A stretch of DNA of 61,521 bases, counting the filler, from Choristocarpus tenellus KU-1152 (taxonomy: Eukaryota; Protista; Phaeophyceae), in NCBI GenBank assembly GCA_964200185.2. It is 11 parts of 11 records of this genome, joined end to end, with 100 filler letters (N's around TTAATTAATTAA, not from the genome) between each part and the next. Parts side by side here need not be neighbours in the genome. Positions count along the whole stretch, not along the records: positions 47,739 to 55,037 come from CAXNAD020006381.1; positions 55,138 to 61,521 come from CAXNAD020008255.1; 9 more parts are not named here. The stretch is one strand, 5' to 3'. The position numbers were made by a program, and so were the translations under genes. This document shows positions 51,201 through 61,521 of the stretch, in pieces. The notes under the pieces are model-generated. The model was not told the DNA's origin, made no database searches, and saw nothing but the letters and a program-made list of their open reading frames with translations. Position 1 is the first letter of the stretch, and every line of letters begins with the position of its first letter.

Positions 51201-54200
51201 TCACTCCATGAATCACCCCACCTGAGCAATTTTCACACCAATAGTGGTATTGCAGCAAGTTTCTTACTGTACCTTGCCTCACGCTTGCATCAATGATGCT
51301 TCATCTGCTTGCTCGGTCGTTTTTCGTACCCAGGGGACATTCTTCTATGCAGATGGCTCGAAATATACAGGTCAGTGGGTGAACAACATGAAACATGGAC
51401 CAGCGGTCTTCATTTCAGCCAATGGTGCAGTTTTTGAGGGATGCTTTAAGAAGGATGGCATGGTCGGCAAAGCTGAAAAGGCAAGGGCAGGAGATCTCTT
51501 TCCCCGTCCTATATTAGTTCCATGTCCCTCTCTGTCTGAACTCCCTTTGCTATCGACCATTCTTGGACTTGTTTGGGGTCGTGACAGGGATAAGACAGGT
51601 TTTGAAACTTGCTGGGTTACAATTAGAACATTGGTTGTGAGAATGTCAGGGTCCGAGTTTTTGCAGGTGCTGGCAGTCACTGTTTGGAGTGGACTTTGAA
51701 CTTGAAACACAACCTGGGTGCGATTTTGGTTTGTCAGCTTTTTGTGAATATCAAGCAAGAATCTGTATGTGATAGTAACAGTGTTGGGACTGGTGCTGTG
51801 ATCAGGCATCACGTCAGAGTTTCTCTTTGCTATTGGACAGTATAGATATTGGGCTTGAGGATAAGATCAGAATAGATGCATGGGGTCTTAAGGACAAGTG
51901 TACTCCATGCATCACGGGCTATTATCGGAGGAAGTTGTCATTGGAAGTTGTCTGGAGTCGGAGTATCTTAGAGGGTAGATCCCTTCAGTCTGGGGGTCAA
52001 AATCCAATGTTGTGATTTTGATGTAATTTTGGCTATCGTGTTTGTTAGGAAGTGTCAATATTCTTTAGACATAACCTTTCATAACGTATACATTTTACTT
52101 ACTCCGAAACATTTCAGATTAGGTAAAATGTCATTAATAAATATCTCGTTGGAAGCCAAGCCCCAAACGGACAAACAGGGCAAAAATCCTATCCTCTAAG
52201 TTACTTCCACTCCCAACCAGGGCCAGATTTGAACAGGTACAGGTAAAGAGGTATATCGTAGGGATTATCGACGATTGGGTTAGGTTTGTAGCTGAGAGTA
52301 GAGATACACTCATATGGGGTCAAGGCAAGGTGAAAATCGTCAGTTTTGTTCATCTTCAGATCATATGTGAAATGGAGGTAGCCCAGAGTGAAGGATACTA
52401 ATTCAACGTTACTGCTACTAATGTTGGCTGCATTCACAATAAAAATTGTCCCCCTGGACACTACTCGCACTGTGAATATTCACAGTCTACTGTGGTGATA
52501 AAGACATTTTTGGATCCACACACCCAACAGGGCAATGAACAACATGAACTGGCATCGGGGATCAAGCTGAAGATAGGCGACCTCATCGGCTCAGGAGCGA
52601 AGCAGACACTGGCAACAATAATCCATAATGTGGAGCGGACTGTACTTCAGGCAAGATAAATAAGTACCTGTATTCAGCGAGCATGAAAGGCAAAGGTAAA
52701 CTCAGGGGTAGGCTGGCCTAAGCCTGTACAAGAAAGTTTGATCTCCCTTGAACCTCTCTTCCCTATCTAGAATTCCGTAATGAAGTAAGTACTGGAGCAT
52801 TGACCATACATCGAGGGACCTCTGTTCCCCCTCCAGGTCGATATTTTCAAAGATTTGAAACAAATATTTATCTACATAGTATATATATACAGAGCAGACC
52901 GCCACCTTGCCTCCCTGGAGGTTTGTGCTCACTCTCTCTCCCTCTCTCCTTTTCCCTATCACAGCTCAGCACCGGTAAAGAAATATATGAACCTTTACTC
53001 CATCGTTTTGCCCCAAATTTGGCATTTCAGACAGCTCACAGGTTCCTCATCATTATATAACAACTCAGAAGGTTAGGATTGTGTGGAAATCAATTAAGCA
53101 CAAGAGCCCATGAGTTGAAAGTGTAAAAAACATGGTTAGCAATGCATTCGATACAGCCTGGAACATGTACAACTCATTTGTGAATATCGGTGATTGTTGG
53201 ACAACTCTCCAATGGTGTGCAACTCCCATCTCCACAAACACACACCAATGATATCCAGCTGAATCAAATGTCAAACTTGACCTACACGTTATTTCCATCC
53301 CTCACTCATCAGCTGAGAAACATGATTTCCAGATGGGGTAGCACTCTGCTCTTCATCATGTCCACGATTCAATTGTTACAGGATTGCCCTTTCACAAGAT
53401 TTACATGATAAATTCTTGCAGATTCAGATAATATAGTAGTAGGTAGGTTGACTGATACCTCAGGGTAGATTGATTGCTTTATAGGAGGTTTGTCCCACCT
53501 TTATGATGCGGTGTAGATGATTTGTTCGTCACAGCTTACTGAAATTATCAATCTACAAATAGTCCTACAGGAGCAAAATCTACGACCTGTGGTAACACCA
53601 ACTGGGTCTGTCTCTAGTCAAAAAACACAGCATTTAGTAGATATAAATAACCTTAGAACATGTTTAAAGTCTTTTTTATATGTTATAAAGATGTTTTTAA
53701 CAAATTATTTAAAAATATTTATGCATAAATATCCCAGTGATGTTGATCGATCACAATTTGCAATAATTGCGCCAATTTTAGAATCTTCAAGTAAAACATG
53801 AACACCCAACATTACTACCAGCTTTAGGCACTGTATTGTCCAAACACCAAAGGCAATGGTGCCTTCCTTATTGCCCAGCAGACAGTAACCTTTCAAGCTT
53901 CTTACACATGAAGGCACAAAGTCTTTTGGTATAGTGTCCTCTCATTCACTTTGCCTTGTACTACACACACACAGTTGCTTTCATTGCACCCTCCCAATCA
54001 CAGGTGATTGCGAATATCTGGCAGTTTACCCGAGTGAAAATAACTTAGAGGGTATGGGTTTTGCCCTGTTTGTCCTTTTGGGGCTTGGCTTCCAATGGTT
54101 TTTTAAAATGTCATTTTACCTAATCTGAAAAGTTTTGGAGTAGGTAAAATGTATACGTTATGAGAAGGTATGACTGGAACAAAGAATATTGACTCTTCCT

Positions 54201-54770
54201 AACAAACAAGATAGCCAACATTACATCAAAATCGCAACATTGGATTTAGGCTCTCAAACGGACGCGGCTCTACCCTCTAAGGTACTTTGACTCACCTGAC
54301 GTTCCTCCCCAACCATCATGTACATTTTCCCAACCTTCTCTTCTGACCTGACTTAGGTGAACAGTGACCTCACAGTTCTGTACAAACACTACGGAAGAAG
54401 CAATGCAACTGCTCCACGCGACAGGTGGGGTTTATTCAACATTTTCAAGGTGAAAGGTCCTGCTTCTCACTCATTTACTAGTGCGTGATGCCATCCACCA
54501 ACCCCCATCCCCTCTCTTGGCTGTAAGGTGGTCTCAAGGTCAAATGCAAGAGAGTCAAGGAAAAGGAAAAATAAATGCTAGCATTTACTATATTCCTACC
54601 AGTGCTTGACGAGGATAATCTTCTTCCCATTGCCCTTCTGATGCGTGACTTGACTTTCTTCTGTCCAATTCACCTGCAGCACCATGTTTTCAATGTCCAT
54701 GCAGCAGTTTTTGTGCTTCGCAAGAGATTGTCAGGCCCTCGCGCCAAATACACCCATTACTGCAGGAGAG
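48271..54770 (+). CDS. RSPH10B: MORN-repeat protein, radial spoke head 10B-like, 7 internal exons, partial
   Basis: Exons 48271-48444, 48883-48998, 50843-50918, 51334-51480, 52531-52650, 54357-54424 and 54680-54770 join in frame. MORN repeats (YEGEW..GKRHGHG) are followed by VERTVLQVNSDLTVLYKHY...FSMSMQQFLCFARDC, similar to the RSPH10B post-MORN region. Confidence 0.8.
49036..49297 (+). mobile_element. MITE family A, intronic, left TIR degenerate
   Basis: Full internal match; right TIR TACCCTCTAAGATACTTTCACTC; left boundary approximate. Confidence 0.9.
51955..52212 (+). mobile_element. MITE family A, intronic, no TSD seen
   Basis: GAGTCGGAGTATCTTAGAGGG...CTCTAAGTTACTTCCACTC. Confidence 0.92.
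53656..53801 (+). mobile_element. Bacterial IS5-family-like left end and transposase N-terminal fragment inside an intron
   Basis: TA|GAACATGTTTAAAGTC end, AT-rich leader, then ATG at 53721 encoding MHKYPSDVDRSQFAIIAPILESSSKT (YPSD...QF..I.P.LES motif). Confidence 0.6.
54032..54293 (-). mobile_element. MITE family A, intronic, TSD ACCC/ACCT
   Basis: GAGTGAAAATAACTTAGAGGG...CCCTCTAAGGTACTTTGACTC. Confidence 0.93.
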
Positions 54771-55137
54771 GTGAGCTTGGATTTTGGGGGTACCCAGGCT
54801 GCAGCAGCGCATCTCCGAAAAATCGATTCCCACCCACACGGGGGAATCCGTCTTCTTCGTGGTACATCACCTAGTTATACTTACAGTGTTGTCATTCTTT
54901 TTCATGGAACAGGTGGTGTACAGGAGCACGGTGTTTGGTCCCAACCTGGGGGGGGGGGGGGGGGGGGAAAGAAAAGGGGGTTTTGGTATTGTAAAAAAAA
55001 AAAAAATCTCGAAAAGAAAATACATTCCCGGGTAGGGNNNNNNNNNNNNNNNNNNNNNNNNNNNNNNNNNNNNNNNNNNNNTTAATTAATTAANNNNNNN
55101 NNNNNNNNNNNNNNNNNNNNNNNNNNNNNNNNNNNNN

Positions 55138-55184
55138 CCCAGCGCCACCCCCCCCCCCTCCCCCCCCCCCAGATACTTTGGCCC
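55138..55184 (-). mobile_element. MITE family B terminus at contig start
   Basis: C-rich tract followed by AGATACTTTGGCCC. Confidence 0.8.
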
Positions 55185-55654
55185 TCAACTTCTGTATGTC
55201 ACGTATTGAGTTTGCATGTTGAACATCCACCAATTCCAAGTGTAGTATAGATAAATATATGTTGCAACGGTAAGTAACGAGCACATACCGTGTGGAACGA
55301 TACTCGAGCGATCTATGTGCTTACACACTGAGCGATCAAAACTAGCGAACAAATCAACAATCACCTCAAGTTGATGGGGGTACTGGTCTGTATCTATGCA
55401 GAGAGTAGCCAATGTTTTAATACCTAAGCCCCCTTTAGAGCAAAAGAAATGAAAATGTTGTGAAGACATTTGGAAACATCAAGGCAGTGATTCTGAAGGC
55501 TTGGAATTTATATATGTACATTTCCTCTTAATGTATTAACTCAGTGAACATATCTCAGGGATAGAGACACCTATTCTCTACCTCTGTGTTCGACTTTAGC
55601 TTCCTACTGAATGTGGTCAATCCACATACTTAAGTTTATATATGTACCAGAATT

Positions 55655-55744
55655 TGTTGAAACACCAGTAAACCCCTGAGCTACCGAGCAGGTAGTCAGC
55701 TGACTACCTGCTCGGTAGCTCAGAGGTTTACTGGTGTTTCAACA
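55655..55744. repeat. 90-bp loopless palindrome with one mismatch
   Basis: TGTTGAAACACCAGTAAACCCCTGAGCTACCGAGCAGGTAGTCAG|CTGACTACCTGCTCGGTAGCTCAGAGGTTTACTGGTGTTTCAACA. Confidence 0.97.
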
Positions 55745-55919
55745 GAATTCTCCCCCTCGTCTTTTGAACCCCATTATTAATAGTTATCGTGAGATGGTGC
55801 AGCTGATCCTCTGGCGTACCTTGGCTGTAGCGCACCCAACTCCTGTATCCTCCCTTCCCTACCAACAGATTAATCTTGTCATTTAACCTGTGGACAAACG
55901 TAGTAGGGTAAAATTGAAT

Positions 55920-56400
55920 TGTGTCCCTATATCACCTAGAGATTCCATCTGCAGGCGTGTTCTTCCCTCCTGGGCTGTGTCCTGCCATCTATGGCCTAAC
56001 CACTTCCTTATCTATCTAAAAAACCACCATCCATATCCCGACGTCGGTCTCGGCTAACTTCTTCTTACACCTCAACCAGTCTACCTCTTGATCCCTTTGC
56101 TGTACTCCTGTTGCCTCTGACCCCCTTCTTCCGCTAGTCTGCCCAGGTAACCCCCATTTTGGTGTAATCCCAATGGGTGTACTAGCCACCAGAAGAGAAA
56201 GGCCAAGGGCAGACCTCATAGGCCTGTGAACCCGTTTTCTCATCACTACTCACACGTCTCTCCATATATATTCCCCCGATATTAGCCAGCCTCCACAGAA
56301 CATTATCTGTAGGTTATGGAGATATCACACACAGTCTGAATATTCTGTGCACTCCCTATCAGGTTCTACCACTCTAAGGTATGCCTTCCATAAATATTGA
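55920..56400 (-). mobile_element. DIRS-like retrotransposon RNase H remnant
   Basis: HSPGGKNTPADGISR at 55979-55935 fits the H.PG..N..AD..SR RNase H end; the remainder is heavily decayed and the extent is approximate. Confidence 0.5.
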
Positions 56401-56965
56401 TCCTCAGAGTCCCTGACTTAACACGCACTCATTGGATATCACAAACCTTGATGGTTACATACTTGTGTCCTAAGCTCCTGAGTTCCACTGCAACTAGTCA
56501 AATATGAATGCGTGGTCTGGTAGTGATTTATCTTGAGGGTTTTATTCTAAACCGAAGGACTGCGACATTGGGCATACATCTACTCTTCTGCTCAAGGCAA
56601 CGGCTGCTGCTGGTGAGTTGCCTGGGAAATGAAGGTCCATGATGCATTTATCTGGGTGAAATCAGTGAGATACGCAATGCACTTGATAATTCTGTGGTCA
56701 ACTTTACACAGTCCGACCATAACTAGTCAATTATCGCCCTATGCTTCAAGTTTCCTTGTATAGTATACACCGGCACTGTCAGCAGTCTTTTTTTTATGAG
56801 TTGAACATAAATTCCGTAGCATACTGTGTAAGTATACCCTCCTTCTCAATCTACACGCGTCCATTGGCAACCTCTAATTCATCTCGAAAGTACTGCGGAC
56901 TTTTGTAACATCGAAGCAGTACGTTGTGAACACTTAGAGCAATTGGGGACCCAAGTGGGACAACG

Positions 56966-56998
<33 letters not shown>
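56966..56998. repeat. (CT)n microsatellite
   Basis: Direct observation. Confidence 0.9.
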
Positions 56999-58627
56999 AC
57001 TTAAGATCGTGGCTGTGACAGGAGTGGCACGGACTACTACTGCTCACTTAGCACGACGATGAACATATTATAAATATCCCTATGTACCCACCACATTATC
57101 CATCACTTAGTCCCCCCCAGTGATGACTCTGAGGGATTATGCAGCTATTTTCCAGTCCACAGTACAATGTGCCCCTACTTTGTCAATCCCATCACTGTTG
57201 TCAATGACTGTTACTGCTTGTAGCAAGAAGGACAAATTCTATGCTGATCCTGTTTACATCACATCCCCCAAAATGACTTTCGTGGTTATCAAAACCAACC
57301 TAGTAACCTAAATGTGGCCTGATCTACTATTTTTACGGATGCCAAGGAATATCCCACGTTGCAGCTGAAGCAGCACGAGACCTACAACTAATCTTTAAGG
57401 AGGGCATTTAATACAACGGTATCAATGCCTAGTTACCCGTTTTATTATTACCCTAGGTCCTCCATCTATAACTCTTCGTTAAAACACAAGCTACTCTCTT
57501 CTTCGTGCAAAGGTATAGGTAGTATCGCCAACTAGTGTTGACTATTGATTTGTCCACTACTACTGGTCGCTTAGCGTCTAAGCAACTAGATCAAACATGC
57601 ACCACTCTGCACGGTATGTGGGAGCATGATATACCGTTTCAGTATGTGGAAATATTGTAAGCTTGATCCCTAGAATTAGTATATGTTCTTCAAACATACG
57701 AACTCAGTATGCGACATATGAGTTGACTCAGAATTTGATTCAGGCCTTCGCATTATTTTTAATTACAGAAGAAATAACAGCTGTATTTCGTATAATGTTT
57801 TCTTTGCTTGCTATTGCCGCCACCTAGACTTCGAACTCACTCTGCATTAAATGTACACGCTACAGAACTAGATGAGATATATTCGGAGTTAATATATCCA
57901 CCACCTTCTACACAAAGCAACAAGCCTCTCTACACAGAGCATATATCATTTCCTTTGAATGCACAAAGGAGCAGGACATCACACCACAGTGTCCAACTTG
58001 CATCTATGTAGAGCATGTCACAAGATTCATCGTACTGAATTCATGGTGCTTCATTGCACAATGTCGCCCGTTCACATGCAAGTCTTCAACCCTCTACATA
58101 GAGCACTACTTCAGAATCCAAAAGATTTAATGAATCCAAGGTTTCTAAATCTCTTTCACCAGGTACCACAAGAAGTATCACCCTACAATAAACCCTCACC
58201 TTTCAATTTCTTCCTTAATGTCTTGGAATGACGATATTGGTGACAGAAACGGCACAATATATGACTGGTTCATGTATACCTCATAGCCCCCCCAACATGA
58301 CGTTTGCAAGTTATCCGATTGGCAATCACACTGGCCTAATCTGTTAAAAAAAAATTACATATGCCAAGGAATATCGAACCAAACCAAATCAGAGGTAGGC
58401 AGGTTTGGACCCTTTTGCGTTCTAAGTATCTTTCTTTACCCTGTGCAATACACTCTATTTCATTGCTTTTTTGTGCACAATAGTATGCTCGAAATCGATG
58501 TTCACCCTTTCGACACACAAAGTAACACTAGGATTGAAGAAAACATTTTCTGCAGCAGCAAAACATACTTTACTGGCCACTTGATTAGACTCTCCATTCA
58601 AATATCTGTATCCCTAGTTACCATCCT

Positions 58628-58878
58628 GAGTCAGAGTAAACGAGAGGTATCAAGGGTTCAATTTAAGGACACTGGCAACAAATGTGTAATTTCGTTTTTG
58701 TACAGTGTTTACGAATTTCCTTGATTCTGTCGAAAAATGGTAAAAAAATAAAAATCAATGCTATCGAGTCGATCCTAGCACTTCATTAATAGAAGTAAGA
58801 GTAAATTGCAAGAGATGAAAGAGTGGCTTAAAATGCAGAACGGACAAAAACCTTGGTACGTCTCGTTTACTTTGACTC
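58628..58878. mobile_element. MITE family C (251 bp), TSD CCT
   Basis: TIRs GAGTCAGAGTAAACGAGAGGTATCAAGG / CCTTGGTACGTCTCGTTTACTTTGACTC flanked by CCT. Confidence 0.9.
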
Positions 58879-61521
58879 CCTATTATCACCCTAGGTCCTT
58901 CAATGATGACTTTTACGGGAGTATCAAGTCGACTTCTCCCTACCATGAACGTATTCCTTGGTATCAGCACGGATGCCAAGGATTTAACAATGCAGGTAAC
59001 AGGAATCGCACAATCTACAACTGGTCACATAGGCCCAATGCGCCCTCCCCATTATAACTTTCCATGGAGTATGCAACCACTTGCCACCCTGCTGTTCGTA
59101 GATAGTGCTGCTGATACACTATAGACACCATCGGTGGATTAGGTAAATAGGATGGAAAGCAAGTGACAGATATATCATATATACTGACCCATAGTGTCCA
59201 TTGACTATTGTGTCATATTTAAGATACACTTGCTCTACTTAGAACAACTAAATAAGTGATTCATAGTAAATAGTCTAGGCTCATCTCACCCCACCAATTC
59301 AGTCAGCGGAATTGAGACCACAAGCCCCTTGTAATATTAACATTTGCATATCTACATCGAGCCATTCATTGTCTTTCATCAAAGCATGAAAGCCGCGGGT
59401 CCGGTGTGGAATATTTCAACACCTGCTGTGTGCACACTATCCTGTTTGTTCTATCATGGATGTCCAAGGAATACTAGTATTCGTGACCAGAACTGCACAA
59501 GCTACTACTATTGGATTAGACCTGACTACAAATTGATGTATCTATATCCCTTTGTACCAACATCAGCATCGCACTGAGTCCTCAACTATCACTCTCACTC
59601 TGAATCACTCCAGATAACACCCTACAATATATCTGACTGTCAATTTCATCACCCATGCCCAGCTCCCATAATAGGCCACCCTACATTATTGTGCCCGACA
59701 AGGCCAATTTCCTCAATATCTGAGAGTCTTGCTCATTTCGTCTGCTCAGCATGCATCACCACCTTTGCTATCGCACAGTCCCCCGTCTCCCTTGCAGGAA
59801 AGATTGCTCAGAGATTGCCTTGATCCTGTCCCCCTTGTCCTCCTTCCTCTGCTTTTGACTATTGACGTTTCATCCTGTCTACTCGTCTTCAGTCCTTCTC
59901 CCCAACTGCCACTCATTTAATTTCCATCTCGGTTATTCAAGCAATAGATGTGAGGGGTATTACTATTGTTTCAACAAAATTTAATCCTGAGGATACAAAA
60001 TTTAATCCTGGTGGCGTTGCTAAAGCTATCTGTACATATGTGGACGGGAGATGCATAGACTGGGTATCAGCGGGTGTTAATTGTAAGGGTTGACTGAGCG
60101 AGTGATTATCCGCTGACATCAATTGCTGTACCACATGTTGGTCAAGCCACCCGGAAATCTGTGTCCCCACGAAACTCCCAGATGATTTGTGAACAAGAAG
60201 TTCCCTTCCATCTTCTCAAATTACCTCATCAAATGATAAAGGATCTTGATCGTGGAAGGTGGTAGTAAATGTTCGTCAGGTTCATTCTCTTTGTACTCCT
60301 CCGCCATGAAGCTCTGAAAATGATTCGTGGTAGTGTGGAACGTATTCTGTCGTCTCCTTGGTTGAACTATATGCCAATACGAATGACATGGCATATGTGG
60401 TGCTCAAAATACGGGCAATATATAATATACTCAGAGTTTCCCCAAAAGTACTGTAAAAGTACTCTCCCACTTCAGAACGATTGCTGTCGTCGCCACTGTG
60501 ACACAGGTGGAAACAAGCCGACAGGTTCTTTGTAATGAGGAGGAGGGGGAAGACCCACAGGAGGCAAGGAAAAGGAGAGAGACAAGACAAGAGGGAGAGC
60601 AATCCGTCAGAACATCACTCAGGAAAAGAGATAACAAGTGGTAAAGTGAATGAGGGGGGTTTGCAAAGTCCCCTCAAACCACCTGGCTATTTACTTCAAG
60701 CACATGTTACCTTCAACATGCAAAACAAATGTAATATGAATATCAGATTCTTCAATATAGGTTACCTTCAAGGTATACCTCCTTCTTTGAAAGATGGCTC
60801 TCACATACCCTTGTTTCCTTCTTATTCTTGTCTCTATATCACCTCATGTTTCCTCATCCTCACAAAACTCAGATTACTTCACAAACTATCTTGAGGGTTC
60901 TCAGACCGCCACTCAAGAAGCCACCAAATCACCCTCTTCTGTTGTTCGAGCTTGGAGATCCATGGACAACCAATCATCCTACAATAGCGGCAAAATGTTA
61001 TACACTGACGAACGTCATTACTTCATCTCTATGATACTTGATAGGTTCCATACTACTATTATAATTATTCACATTTTCTGGAACTGGGGGAGAACCTATC
61101 AACTCCTCATACCACTATACATAATTGTTCAATACAGGGTCAACAAATATTTTTGTTATTTCTTTTCTATAGACGAACCAAAATAACCAGTAGGGGGAAA
61201 TTATCATTACTCCCTATAAATTTCTCATCATTTTATCGCTTTCTCTATCCAGATCCATCACACTATCAAGATTGCCTTAGCTATGAAGAAACTATGGGAG
61301 ACACGCCAGATATAGTTCTTGAATCCATTTAAGGTTCATACTTTTGAAGTAACAAGTAGAGTGTACACGTGAAAGCTGAGAGACGAAGAGAGAACGGTCT
61401 GCGATTCCAATTTCAGGGCTTGCTTTTAAAAACAAAGGTTATTAATAGTAGTTGGTTGCCCTTGCTTGCTCTCCTGGTCTTCCCTGAACCGCTGCCACCT
61501 CCAGATCTTCTACCTCACCCC

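Overview
Eukaryotic, intron-rich draft DNA made of 11 short contigs. They are joined by ten 100-bp artificial linkers (44 N + TTAATTAATTAA + 44 N) and genes do not continue across them, so linkage across gaps cannot be assumed. The organism is inferred to be a flagellated stramenopile, plausibly a brown alga or relative. Host genes: a complete 5-exon EF-hand/coiled-coil gene (-), plus fragments of an IQ-motif coiled-coil gene, glutamate-cysteine ligase (GCLC), a ubiquitin-specific protease, and an RSPH10B-like MORN gene that appears to use two consecutive GC-AG introns. The rest is mostly transposon material. About 21 complete or partial copies of three MITE families share GRGTCAAAGTA-type termini and have mixed 3-bp and 4-bp TSDs. 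There are also two decayed Sola-like DDE transposase genes and copia, gypsy, DIRS-like and pogo remnants. Most notable is contig 1: a ParB/Srx-like (DGNHR) gene lies head-to-head with a Sola-like transposase, separated by a ~271-bp tandem array containing a long hairpin, which suggests a cargo-carrying DNA transposon. A bacterial IS5-like left end also sits inside an intron. All family assignments are by-eye motif recognition, not database searches.
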